DNA of 64,000 nucleotides, taken from contig NC_043000.1 in assembly GCF_006345805.1 (NCBI RefSeq), positions 64,790,001 through 64,854,000 of the forward strand, written 5' to 3'. A model generated the notes under the pieces. That model had not been told where the DNA came from and did not search any database. It saw only the letters and a list, made by a program, of their open reading frames with translations. The stretch comes from Octopus sinensis (lineage: Eukaryota). Of this stretch, positions 52,098-64,000 are shown piece by piece; position 1 is the stretch's first letter; each line of letters opens with the position of its first letter. The translations under genes and the position numbers were made by a program.

Positions 52098-52708
52098 TTA
52101 TCCCTCTTTATGTTCTGAGTTCAAATTCTGCCACGGTTGACATTGCCTTTCATCCTTTTGGGTTGATAAATTAAGTACCAGTTGAGTACTGGGGTTGATG
52201 TAATTGACTATCCCCCCTGCTCCCAAATTTCAGGCTTTGTGCCTATAGTAGAAAGGATTAATTTAACATTAAGTAGCAATCCTTTAAAATCAACATCAAA
52301 ATGAATACATACAGGGTGAGACAAAAGTCACACACCAAAATATTTGATATTTCATTCATTTCCTCCTCCTCCTCCTCCTCCTCATCATCATCCTTTAATG
52401 TCCATTTTCCATGCTGGCATGGGTTGGACAGTTTGACCAGAGCTGGTATGTTGGAGAGCTGTACCAGGTTCCAGTCTGATTTGGTTTACATTATTAATAT
52501 TATTATTAAGGTGGCAAGCTGGCAGAATCATTAGCACACTGGACAAAATGCTTAGTAGTATTTCGCTCATTGCTATGTTCTGAGTTTAAATTCCACCAAG
52601 GTTGACTTTACCTTTCATCCTTTTGGGGTACCAGTGAAACACTGGTGTTGATGTAATAGATAAATCCCCTCCCAACAAATTTTAGGTTTTGCGCCTTTAG
52701 TAGAAAGG

Positions 52709-52710
<2 letters not shown>
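52098..52710 (+). mobile_element. Two family B SINEs (52098-52256, 52505-52710) with an inverted RTE tail piece between them
   Basis: Core motif in both; attaatttaacattaagt flanks the first copy on both sides. Confidence 0.8.
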
Positions 52711-52739
<29 letters not shown>

Positions 52740-52949
52740 TATTATTATTATATTATTATTATACTTTTGGTTGGAAGGCTAGAATGTCAGTGGAAGCTTG
52801 ACAGGTATTTTTGTTATCAAGACTACTGTCTTCATTGATATTATTGTTTAAAAGGAGCATCAGACAATAGACTTTGTCCCCAGATCATAAATGAAAAATA
52901 ACGTGGAGGGGGCATAACTTTCTAATGCAAAACAAACCAGTTTGTAACA

Positions 52950-54660
52950 GCAGGAAAAGTCTCAGAAATGTAATTTTCACTGACACAAGTAACAATTTCA
53001 AGGGCAAAATTGATAACGACTCCAAAAGCACCACAGATGCTATGGACAGTGATAAAATTAGAACACAACCAATACCAACGTCAACACCAGCAACAGAGAG
53101 GTGGGTGTATTTGGAAGTAACAATAGCAGTAACAATGTGAATGATTCCACCACCTCCATCAACCGTGAGAGTGGGACAAGTATCTTTGCAGCAGCAGCTA
53201 CGAAATGCCAACAAAAGTACTATGAAATAGACATCTCCAACAAAAAAGAGATGTTAGCCCTGGCACATAAACTCATTAAAAGTGAAAAAACCTGGGCAAA
53301 CTTTGCAATACCAGCTGAAGTGGAGGTAGAAATTGAGAAGAGGATAACAAAGTATAGGTATCTCGGTGCAGTCTCTGAGAGCAGAACAATCCTGCCATCT
53401 TCAGGTGGAAATAGCACTGAGATCAATTAGAGAGGATGTGGAATTCGTTCAAAGGGCCTGAAGTTTTGATACCATCTCAGTCCTTTTTAAAGCAGAAGAG
53501 CTGGCCATGAAGCCTTCAGTGGGACCCCGTAAAACTGACCAGCTTATAATGTACCTGTCATACATGGGCAGAAGAACAATAAAAGTTATGTCCCCAGAAT
53601 AACATCAGGTATCAACATATGGTGGCTTGTGAGATGCATGATCATGGAGGGCTGTGACACCCTCCTCCTAAAAGTCCAACGGATGCAAAGAGAAGACTGG
53701 AATGGAATGGATTTGGAAATGCTAATCCAAATAAAATCACAAGACTTGGAGGACATCTCAGACCATGTTTGCCTCCTCAAGGATGGGATGAAATTACCCT
53801 TGATCACCAAGGGCAGAAGGCCTCATTGCTTTGCTTGTGGTGAAGCAAAACACCTACTAGCATGCTGCCCTCAGCAAAATGGTACAGGGGTCTGTAGACA
53901 TCAACGCCAAGGCTGGGAAAAGAAAAAGCAACACCAACTGTAGAAAGATCACCACCAACAACAGGGAAAGCAACAAAAATAGCAACAATGGCAGTGGCAG
54001 TGGCAGGTGTAACAACAGTACTAGCAGGAAAACCATTGGAGAGGTCAACCACGAAAACCAACTCCTCGTAACCAAGCTCAATAACCAATCTCCTCTCACA
54101 AACAAATACGAAGAAAAAGATACACATACAAACACAAATTCACTTCCACACAAAGCAGAGGAGGTTGCAACAGACACTGGTTCTACTACATTGAAAAGTG
54201 ATGATGAGGGGGAACAGAGTAGATCCAAAACACCAAAAAGAAGTCATAGAGGCGAGACATCTTGTCCTGCACGAAAATAAGATAGCAAAGAAACTACACC
54301 AACAAACACAGACACTCAGACAACTCCAGCTGTACCACAATCTAAACCACCACAAACACCAAAGACCCCACTGCAGACAAAAAAATCCCAAAAGGAAACT
54401 CACACCACACATGCAACATGAACAGCAAAAAAACAATGACACAGGCAGCTAACTTTGTGTCAGTAAGGAGGGCCAACAAAAAACTGATGGCCCTCTTATC
54501 ATGAAGGGAGGACATTGAAAAAGGTGGGGGGAAATCTTCTTGGACTAGCACGTGCAATGTACCAAAGGACTTGATGGTGAGGATGGATTTGGACACCTTC
54601 CAAACAATTAGGGATGCCTTTCCAAACAATGCAGTAACAATAACAACATCAATGCAAGCT
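52950..54660 (+). mobile_element. Tx1-like ORF1-only remnant
   Basis: YMGRRT, WNGMDLEML and GRRPHCFACGEAKHLLACC (C-x2-C-x4-H-x4-C) align with 12800-13110; no ORF2 motifs downstream. Confidence 0.75.
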
Positions 54661-55019
54661 CTCTCTATAATTACATTATAAGTTTCACTCTCAAACAGAC
54701 ACTAACATCTCACTTGCCTCCCTGTATGCACTTTCTCTATATGTATTGATACCTTTGTTATGTGTAGAGGTCATGGTCTGCGCAAACCTTGGTAGCCTTG
54801 CATTAATTTAACATTAAGTTATCCATCTTTATTTTCTGAGTTTAAATTCTGCCGAGGTTGACTTTGCCTTTCATCCTTTTAGGGTCGTTAGTTAAGTACC
54901 AGTTGAGAACTGGGATCGATGTGATTGACTATACCCCCTGCCTCAAAATTTCAGGCCGTGTGCACCCATTAAGAGAAGATGATAGCCATCGTATTTACAC
55001 TAGAATCCAGCATTTGTAA

Positions 55020-55290
55020 TCATAATCATCATCATTTAATATCTGTTTTCCATGTTGGTATGGGTTGGACAGTTTGACAGGAGCTGGCCATCTGAAGAGC
55101 TGCCCAGGCTATGTGTCTGTTGTAGCATGGGTTCTACAGCTGGATGCCCTTCCTAATGCCAACCACTTTACAGAGTATACTGGGTGCTTTTACACAGCAC
55201 CAGTATGGGCACTTTTATGTGGCACTGGGATGGATACTTTTTACATGGCACCAGCACCCATGAGTCAACAAGATTAGGATCACTCAGCCG
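55020..55290 (-). mobile_element. RTE-type 3' tail fragment
   Basis: (CAT)n...ctacagctggatgcccttcctaatgccaacc. Confidence 0.8.
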
Positions 55291-55633
55291 AAGAGGGATA
55301 TTTAAAAAAGAATACCAAATTGCAAAAAACAATTCTGTATCACAAATTACAGGTGTAGTTATGTATATTTGTCAGTGTGTTTGCATATGTAACAGTGAGT
55401 TGTCTAATTCACATGTTAATGAAAACAGCCTTCTGCATTCAGTAAAGTTTATCATACTTTATAATAATACTGTAACATTATTATACATATTACTAGAGGA
55501 TCCAAAGACAGTGAGCTGGTAGAATTGTTCATTGGCAAAAGTGTTTTGTGATATTTGTATTAAGGCATCTACTCCAATCCTTTGTTCCCAGATTTGCATT
55601 ACTTAAGAAAACATGCTCTACTCATAGTTTTAT

Positions 55634-55886
55634 GAAGGGGTGCTGAAAAGTTCCTGGCTTTCAGGGTATTGAAAGGGTATGGCTGTGTGATGAGAAATTT
55701 GCTTTCCAACCATATGGTTTTGGGATCAGTCTCACTGCTTAGCACTTTTACAAGGAGAGAGGACAAATATTTACACACACACACACAGATTCTATCTCTC
55801 TCTCACACACACTTACATATATATAAATAGTAACAGTTCTACCCTTTCAATACCCTTAAAGCCAGGAACTTTTCAGCACACCCTTG
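55634..55886. mobile_element. Mariner-derived MITE with ~46 bp TIRs and a captured SINE fragment
   Basis: gaaggggtgctgaaaagttcctggctttcagggtattgaaagggta / taccctttcaatacccttaaagccaggaacttttcagcacacccttg|ta. Confidence 0.9.
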
Positions 55887-55989
55887 TATCTGAACATGAA
55901 TCAACAGAAGTTGAAGTTCACTAATTCTGGGGGAATTGGAAAGATTTTGAGCATTACCTGCCTCCTCCTCCTCCTCCCCATCCCCCTCA

Positions 55990-56212
55990 TGATAATCCTT
56001 TCTACTATAGGCACAAGGCCTGAAATTTGTTGGGAGGGGACTAGACGATTACATCGACCCCCAGTGTTTTACTGGTACTTAATTTATCGACTTTGAAAGG
56101 ATGAAAGGCAAAGTTGACCCTGGCAGAATTTGAACTCAGAATGTAGTGACGGGCAAAATACCACTAAGCATTTTGTCCAGCATGCTAACGATTCTGTCAG
56201 TTCATTGCCTTC
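55990..56212 (-). mobile_element. SINE family B
   Basis: Reverse-complement match. Confidence 0.85.
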
Positions 56213-56254
56213 AAACAACAAACATAATAACATGTAGCACATGGAATTTTAAAG

Positions 56255-56710
56255 ATCAGGCATGGCTGTGTGGGAAGAAATTTGCTTTCCAACCATATGG
56301 TTCTGGGATCAGTCCCATTGCTTAGCACCTTGGGAAGGTGTCTTCTACTACAGCCCCAAGCCAATCAAAGTCTTGTGAATGAACTTGATAGATGGAAACT
56401 GAAAGAATTCCATTGTATATACATATATCTTTTACTTGTTTCAGACATTAGATTGTGGCCATGCCAGGGCACTACATCGAAGAATTTTAGTCGAAGGAAT
56501 TGACTCCAGTGTTTTTGAAAGACTAGTACTTTTTCTGTTGGTCTCTTTTGCTGAACAACCAAGTTATGGGGATGTAAAGACACACCAACACTACTTGTCA
56601 GGCAGTGGCGGGGGACAAACATAGACACAATGGCACACACACACACACACACACACACATGATGGGCTTCTTCAGTGGTTGGAAACAAACTTCTTACCAC
56701 AGAACCATGC
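56255..56710. mobile_element. Family A head on plus (56255-56420) abutting a minus-strand family A tail portion (56430-56710)
   Basis: Module matches in opposite orientations. Confidence 0.8.
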
Positions 56711-56711
56711 T

Positions 56712-56748
<37 letters not shown>

Positions 56749-56799
56749 TAGCTGAAGGTGACCCGCTCTACGCGCGGGTAAGAGTGTGGGTGTTACTTT

Positions 56800-57126
56800 C
56801 TGTTGCTTCCTTTCAGCATGTAAAAAGCACCATCCGAATGTGGCCGATTGCAGCACCGCCTTGACTTGCTTCTGTGCTGGTGGCACGTAAAAAGCACCAA
56901 CCGATCGTTGCCACTGTGAGCCCTCCTGGCACCAGTGCCGGCGGCACGAAAAAAGCACTCACTACACTCACAGTGTGGTTGGCGTTAGGAAGGTCATCCA
57001 CCTCTAGAAACACTGCCAGATCAGACTGGAGCCTGGTGCAGCCTCCTGGCTTCCGAGACCCCGGTCACACTGCCCAACCCGTGCTAGCACGGAAAACGGA
57101 CGTTAAATGATGATGAAGATGATGAT
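56800..57126 (+). mobile_element. RTE 3' UTR fragment with (GAT)n tail
   Basis: ggcacgtaaaaagcacc repeats...cacggaaaacggacgttaaatgatgatg. Confidence 0.88.
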
Positions 57127-57950
57127 TCTCCGTATTTGTTTCTCTCTCCTTTCTCTCTCACTTTCTCACTCTCTTACTTTTCTTTTATCTCTGACTCTCC
57201 TTCGCTTTCTCTTACTCTCTATCTTTATCTATCTCTCTCCCATTTATAAACAACAGAAGATCTTGAGTAAGTTGAGAAATAAAATATTTAGAAAGATCAA
57301 TCAGAAATATGAGGCAGTGGCAATGAAAAGGTCTGCTTCAAGGCAGACAGCAAAACGCTAACATTCCAAAGGGACAGACGAACTTGCGAGCTGAATAAAA
57401 ATAAAAAAATATTGGAAACCAAAGTTTGAAGGGATAGAATCTGAGGATAGTAGAGTCACCATGGCTGGCATTTGTTAACGACGGACAGCAACGTAGTGAC
57501 AGTTTAACGGCTGGCGTAAAATTTTGAACTTGATGTAAAAGAAAATTCGTAAACACCAAGTTTTGAAGTGATTCTTTCTCACGACAGTAGACTCACCATG
57601 GCAAGCATTCAAAACTTCTTTATCATGGACGGCAACACATTGACGATTAAAAGGCTGGCGCAAATTTTTTAGCTTGATGCAACAGAGAATTCCTAAACAC
57701 CCGCTCTTTGAAATTTTAATCCCCTTCCAGCCCCATTTAGACCCCTTTTCACATTTTGGTTAATATAACCCGATTTCATTCGGGTCTACTGGGGCCACAT
57801 TTTATAAGATGAGGAATTTTGTCCTAGAGGTGACGCCTTTCATTTGAGGAACAAAATAGTTGTGATGCAAACTTGTCAGCACCTTTAACATAGGTGTGCA
57901 TATTTTCAGGTGAATTGACCGACTACGTAATGCACACATATATATATGTG

Positions 57951-57986
<36 letters not shown>

Positions 57987-58131
57987 CACGCATTATATAT
58001 ATACAAATGTATACAAATGAGATATATATCTGTATAAATTAAATTAGAGATAAAACCACTAATAGGCAAATCAAACAGTGAAAAACCAAAAACAAAAACA
58101 TAAAAAAAGAAAATATAACATAGAAAATATA

Positions 58132-59048
58132 TCTATATATATAAAACTGTAGTTGTATGAGTGTCTGTCCCCTTTGATTTAGATTCCTAACTACTCCCAA
58201 ATTTTGCGGTGCAGTTTAACCAAAATCGGGTATCTTATATTCGTGATTCATATCGAGCCCGTCTGGGTATTAGCGCGCGTCTACGATGAGTCTACGATTT
58301 TAAAAATAATTTAACATCATTTTTTATTCCATTTTAATGCATATTTTTTCGTGTGTCGATGGCGACGGAGTTGGCGTCCACGCTCACGCCTGCACCTGTG
58401 TTGCTTCTCCCCCTTCTTCCCTCCCTCGTGAAGCTGTGGGGAAGGGAGTGTAAGGAAATCAACGTCGTAATGCGTTGTGAAGGAGACCAGCGTTCTTTTA
58501 GAACAACGACTTCATGGCTTGAAGTCGCCAAAACAGAGATCGGTAAAAAAGCTGAAACAGATCCACAAAAACGGCAAAAACTGCCACACAGAGCAGGTTT
58601 CCTGTGCAAACGATTTGCACAACTGAATGTTTTAGTTGTTGCACAAATCTTTATATATAAAAGTGAGGTTGTGTGCTGTCTGTCTCCTACGATTTAGATT
58701 CCTAACTACTCCCACATTTTGCGGTGCAGTGTAACCAAAACCGGGTATCTTATAGTCGTGATTCATATCGAGCCCTTCTGGGTATTAGCGCGCGTCTACG
58801 ATGAGTCTACGATTTTAAAAAAAATTTACCATCATTTTTTATTCCATTTTAATGCATTTTTCGCTAGTATATAAGGGAAGTAACTCTCTAAAAATGTCTA
58901 CGATGAGTCAACGATTTAAAAAGAAATTACTATCATTTTTTATTCCATCTTTAATGCATTTTTTGCTATTTTTATTGCTATAACTCACTAAAAATGCTTA
59001 TATAGTTATTTCCCTTACAACCCGAGCAACGCCGGGCGATACTGCTAG
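58132..59048 (+). mobile_element. Non-autonomous Helitron composite: two 5' ends, one 3' end
   Basis: A|TCTATATATATAAAA at 58132 and A|TCTTTATATATAAAA at 58648 start ~200 bp near-identical blocks. 3' hairpin cccg-agcaacgc-cggg then CTAG|T at 59045-59049. Confidence 0.85.
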
Positions 59049-59189
59049 TAAAATATAAAATTGAAAACTTTAAATTATTTAAATTGAAAATAAAAATTAT
59101 GAAATTATATTTATAATTTGTTTAAAAATATATATAACTATGAAAAACTATGAAAAAGTTTAATATACATAAATACAGATATATACACT

Positions 59190-59435
59190 TTGTATATATA
59201 CATTATATATACATATTTATATATAGAACACACACACACACACACATACATTATATATACATATTTATATATAGAACACACACACACACACACACATACA
59301 TTATATATACATATTTATATATAGAACACACACACACATACATTATATATACATATTTATATATAGAACACACACACACACACACATACATTATATATAC
59401 ATATATATATATAGAACACACACACACACACATAT
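59190..59435. repeat. Minisatellite, about five units of cattatatatacatatttatatatagaa(ca)n
   Basis: Directly visible; the (CA) count varies per unit. Confidence 0.93.
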
Positions 59436-59824
59436 AAATGAACGCAAGAATATCTGATTCATAATATTTGTTCTCATGCTCGTGTGTTGTTTGTTGGTGA
59501 CAGACATATACTTAAAAGAACGCTGCCGAAGTGATAGGAAGGTAGGAAACAGAGTCAGTGAAAAAGAAAGGAAATAGCGATAGTTACAGATACTTTAAAT
59601 AACCGTAAGAGAGGGAAAGGAGGAAATAGGGTGAGTGAGGAAGATGGCCCCTAGCAACCACACCTTTTAAGATAGGGATTTCTAAGGTAGCCCACGCGCA
59701 TCGTCACCTCATTCTACATGTCCCTGTAAATTTTGGAGCGAATCAGACGGGATGTAGTGGCATTGAAAGCGATCCAAGCGGTAAAAACGCATTTCAGTTT
59801 TATATATAGAGATATATATATATA

Positions 59825-60245
59825 TATCATCATCATCATCATCGATTAACATCCGCTTTCCATGCTGGCATGGGTAGAATGGTTTGACTGAGGACTGGCA
59901 AGCCAGAAAGCATTGGCCACACTTGAATGGTGCTTTTTATGTGCCACCAGAGCAGATGCCAGTTAGGTGGCATTGTCATCGGCCACAACTATGATATCAC
60001 TTGACTCAACAGGTCTTCACAAACACAGTATACTGCCCGATGATTGAAGGGTACTTTTAACCGGGCCAGTTATGCGACACTGGCATTGGCCACAGCTACG
60101 ATCTCACTTGGCTTGCCGGGTCTTCTGAAGCACAGCATATCTCCAAAGGTCTCGGTCACTGGTCATTACCTCTATGAGACCCGCCATTTGAAGATTGTTC
60201 TTTCATCCCATGTCTTCCTGGGTCTGCCTCTTCCACAGGTTTCCA
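59825..60245 (-). mobile_element. RTE 3' fragment including the ORF end (GRGRPRKTWD)
   Basis: cccatgtcttcctgggtctgcctcttccacaggtttcc, the revcomp of the ETCGRGRPRKTWD codons; (CAT)n tail. Confidence 0.85.
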
Positions 60246-60259
60246 TATATGTATGTGTG

Positions 60260-60505
60260 TGTGTGTGTGTGTGTATTTATATATACATATCTGTGTGTGT
60301 TTGTGCATTTGTATTTGCACCACTACCTTGCACAACTGGTGTTGGTTTATTTAAGCATACATAACTTAACAGTTCAGCAAAAGAAATCAATAGAATAAGT
60401 ACCAGGCTTTCAAAATAAGTATTGGGGTTGATTTGTTTAACTAAACCCTTCAGGGCAGTGCCCCAGCATGGCTGCAGTTGAACGACTGAAACAAGTAAAA
60501 GATAC
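60260..60505 (+). mobile_element. SINE family A, 3' half
   Basis: Tail match. Confidence 0.82.
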
Positions 60506-60609
60506 AAAATAATGTTATATATGTATACATACTATATAACATATTATATGTTATATTATAACATATTATAATATGGTAAATATACATATAATATGCTATA
60601 TAATACTAA

Positions 60610-60935
60610 ACTGGCATTCTGTCAGTAACAACAATGAGGGATCCAGTTGATCTGATCAACGGAACAGCCTGCTTATGAAGTTAATGTGCATATGGCTGAG
60701 CACTCCATGGACATGTGTACCCTTAGCATAGTTCTAAGGGAGATTTGGCATGATACAGAGTATGACAAGGCTGGCCCTTTGAAATACATGTGCTACTCAT
60801 TTTTGTCAGCTAAGTCGTCTGAAACAATGTGAAATAAAGTGTCTTGCTCAAGGATACAATGCATCGCTGGGAATTGAACTTATAACCTTATGATCATAAT
60901 CTGAACACCTTAACCACTAAGCCACATGTCTTCAT
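60610..60935 (-). mobile_element. Family C-type head with a third tail type
   Basis: Head revcomp tggcttagtggttaaggtgttcag...aagttcaattcc; tail gagtgctcagccatatgcacattaacttcataagcaggctgttccgttgatc. Confidence 0.75.
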
Positions 60936-61399
60936 TTGCTATGTAATATATATACATATAAAGGAAAATGCTAACATATTTGATAAATATTCTGGAATTC
61001 CATTAAATATTCTTAAATTCCATTATTTTTATATTTAAAGCTGATTAAATAAAATAAATGGAAATTTGTTATGAAAAAAAGTTATTTTTTTTATTGTAAA
61101 ATTTTCAAAAGATATGAAGATATTGAAATATTGGAGTCTAATTTACAATTATTATTCAGTTTTTCTTATATTGACTTTTATCTTGCTTATCATATAGATT
61201 ACAGAATACTGTTGCATATATATTTAAATATGAAATAATATGAAACTACATATTAAAGATTTATAGAAATATACTGTGGGCTATTTAATATGATCACCAC
61301 AGCTCTTAAGTAGTAATAGAAAAATATTGATCCTTATCAGGAAAATACAAGAACAAAAATTATGTTCTTAATCTACTAAAGAACAAGGAAGCCAACATT

Positions 61400-61745
61400 C
61401 TTTAATAAATCATAATAGCATTCTCCTCTCGGCCAGTTCTTAAAAATCTTTATCACTTCATTATCTGCAGGGATGTCTTTCTCTCAATATTAAGCAACAT
61501 GAGATCAGCAAGCCTCTCTTTCTCACATAGGCTCCACAGTTTATGCATAATTAACTCAAGTTTGGAATAGAAGTGCTCTACATTTGCAGTTATTACTGGA
61601 AGTGTTGAATACATTTTCAGCAATTTATACATAATTTGGAAGCCGAGGTAGGTATCATTTTTCTTGATATAATCGAAGATGGATCTTGAAATTATATTCT
61701 AACAGTAAGGTAGGATGAGCGAAATACCTTCAATTGTGTCAAAAG
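61400..61745 (-). mobile_element. hAT transposase C-terminal dimerisation remnant
   Basis: IFDYIKKNDTYLGFQIMYKLLKMYSTLPVITANVEHFYSKLELIMHKLWS...ERLADLMLLNIE...EVIKIFK...RRMLL*. Confidence 0.8.
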
Positions 61746-61789
61746 TTTGTTATCCTCTTCTTTAGCACCATATCAATTTGGTTATTTGG

Positions 61790-62174
61790 TTTACATCTTT
61801 GGATGTTGAGTCTTATGGAGGTGATGATAAATAACTGAGACCTTTGGTGATTTGCTGTGCTTGAGAAGACACACCAAGCTAAGGGAAATTGTAGCTGTGG
61901 CCAGTGCTGGTGATACACAAAAGGTACCAGTGACACAAAAAAAGACAACCATGCAAGTGACACGTATATGGCATCTGTACTGGTGACACTTAAAAGGCAC
62001 CTATGCCAGTGACATGTAAGAGACACCCAGTACACTCTGTGAAGTGATTGGTGTTAGCAAGAGTGTCCAGCTATAGAAACCAAACCAAAACAGACTGATG
62101 CCCTGTGCAATTCTTCAGCTTACCAGCTCCAGTCAAACCATCTTACCCATGCCAGCATGAAAAACAGATGCTAA

Positions 62175-62218
<44 letters not shown>
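61790..62218 (+). mobile_element. RTE 3' UTR fragment with long (GAT)n
   Basis: gagacctttg...gtgattggtgttagcaagagtgtccagctatagaaac...ccatgccagcatgaaaaacagatgctaaat(gat)n. Confidence 0.82.
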
Positions 62219-62220
<2 letters not shown>

Positions 62221-63635
62221 ACACCGTAATGCATCCTCTTCTCTACTTAGAATTGTTTCAGTTTTCTATATATTTCTCTCTTTGTTTGCATATCTCTCTG
62301 CTTCAGTCTTTGATATGCCAGTTTCTTTTCTGTCATTTAATGTTGTAAATCCAAGTAAAAATTCTCCTTGTGTCTTCTCTTATTCTTCCATATTTACGTT
62401 CTCCAACTTCTTCCTCACTTGTTTGCAATTCCAAATGTGACTCATTTGGATTCACTTCTCAGCTTCCCATATAAAATCATCCAACTCATTTTCCTTATTC
62501 ATTGTGGGCATCCATTTCAATAAGGCTATATTGCAGCATACTAAAGTATGCAGTTCCTTATCTCTCTGTCAATATGAATATGAGCGAAATCATTGAATTT
62601 AGTTACAAGTATAACTATATTTCAATGATTTTTCTCACTTTGCTCAATCTTCATATATTAGATATACACTTTTGACCTTAGAACTTGTTTTTGTTGTTTG
62701 TCAGATACATAGTTTCCTCAACACATTCTGAGGTATTGATAAATTGATGTTATTGGGAAAAATATAACATTTCCTTTATTGTGAGAATGATATATATTTA
62801 TGCATTATGTTGTTTAATAATTTGTTTATTAATTTAAAAATATATTAATTTTAGTATTTGCACATTGTTGACTGCACAGAGTTGGACTTGCATATTGATT
62901 TAGCAATAGCAGAATCAACAGCTGAAAAACGGTACAAGTAAAGTATATTCTATTAAAATATATTTTTTAATTTTTTACTAAAAGAAGAGAATTTGATAAG
63001 AAGAAGAAAAATGTTATGTGCTCAAGCTCCCTGAACATTCTTCAATGCTACTTTGGATGTGGGTTGGTGATAATACTAAATGGTGCAGGGGGCTCAAGAT
63101 GATGCAGGACTCAACCTCTGTGCCAACATATATGAAGAGTCTGTTGAAACTGCTGAAGGTGAGGACTCAGAGACAAACACACCCATTATGTGGTATGCTC
63201 GAGTTGCTAGAAATAACAACCAAATCTCCCTTAACTCACATCATATGCTATTAAAATTTTGAAAAAGAAAAAGCAGTCCTAAATACTTATCTAGAAAAAA
63301 AGATGGGATGATTAAAGTTAGAAAATATTTGATCATATGACTGGTTGATTAAGTTTAACACAAGACTAAAGAACAACAACTTTAGAGGGGTTCATTACTT
63401 GTACTACTAACCCTGTAAGATAGGATGGGGTTGTAGGATGAGAGATAATACTGGGGAATATACGCAAAAAAAAAAAAATATGATATCCAAAAAAGGAAAA
63501 TATCTTATAGAATTTTTTGTGCTGAATTCAATTAATTCTAAAGCATTTCTCTATCAGGTCACCTTTTTCTGTAGAATGTAGTTTTTTAAAGATCCTGCCA
63601 AATGGTTACGCATTTATTAAAATAGGTTTGGAAAG

Positions 63636-63699
<64 letters not shown>

Positions 63700-63729
63700 A
63701 AAAAGTAGTTGGATTTGATTTTCTGTGAT

Positions 63730-63950
63730 ACTTTTCCTCAAACATTTCATTCTTAAGACTCCAGCAGTATTCAGCAAGCATAATGGGGCTCCTGTTTCTT
63801 TCGTAACACTTTTCCACGATAGAAATATTTTAATGAAAAAAATGCACCATGTTTGCTGCTTACCACACTCAAATTTTCTGGAAAAAGGTTAGAGTCCAAG
63901 AAACAAAATATTTCACCCCATTAGTTGGTAAGACTTAAGAAGGTCACCTA
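63730..63950 (-). mobile_element. DNA transposase C-terminal remnant, probably Chapaev3/CMC-like
   Basis: FLDSNLFPENLSVVSSKHG..FH*NISIVEKCY..SPIMLAEYCWSLK matches the HLDFFPENLGAVSDEHGERFHQDI..MEKRYQG....MLADYCW pattern. The superfamily name is from recall. Confidence 0.6.
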
Positions 63951-64000
63951 CAATTTCAGATTAGTATTCTTATTTCTTTATTTCCCACAAGGGGCTAAAC

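Larger units (their letters stand above)
56748..59812 (-). mobile_element. Minus-strand Helitron termini, possibly one nested element
   Basis: 3' end (minus) cccgc-gcgtaga-gcggg hairpin + 10 nt + CTAG|T at 56748; 5' end (minus) A|TCTCTATATATAAAA at 59812. Pairing of the two ends is inferred. Confidence 0.55.

Noticed and set aside
61590-61647. Plus-strand exon candidate (cag|...GAG|gtaggt)
   Set aside because: The opposite strand encodes a clear hAT dimerisation-domain remnant.
63018-63262. Two overlapping short ORFs
   Set aside because: No recognisable motif, splice support or start context; not callable without a database search.

Overview
This 64 kb window is AT-rich, repeat-saturated animal genomic DNA, intronic or intergenic. 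The tRNA-derived SINE families, RTE (GAT)n tails and microsatellite load match what I recall of Octopus genomes, but the species is an inference. No intact host protein-coding gene, rRNA, true tRNA or CRISPR array is supportable, and most ORF-track entries are microsatellite or antisense artefacts. Larger elements: a disrupted Tx1/L1-clade LINE (12.5-16.9 kb); a 5'-truncated RTE LINE with only two Trp-to-stop lesions and a PHD-type finger inside its RT (23.6-27.1 kb); an ORF1-only Tx1-like derivative (53-54.7 kb); a probable solo LTR. Also present: mariner, maT, Tigger, hAT and Chapaev-like remnants, nested non-autonomous Helitrons, Penelope-like remnants with hammerhead-like cores, and more than 35 SINE copies. 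The most unusual structures are (1) inverted plus direct repeats with a hammerhead-like motif framing the Tx1 LINE, (2) a tRNA-headed SINE with a hammerhead-like tail, (3) a SINE flanked by an apparent ~200 bp target-site duplication, (4) a 307 bp palindrome, and (5) a MITE that copied a piece of its neighbouring SINE. None is shown to be a new biological system; they are leads. All alignments were done by eye and coordinates of degenerate repeats are approximate.
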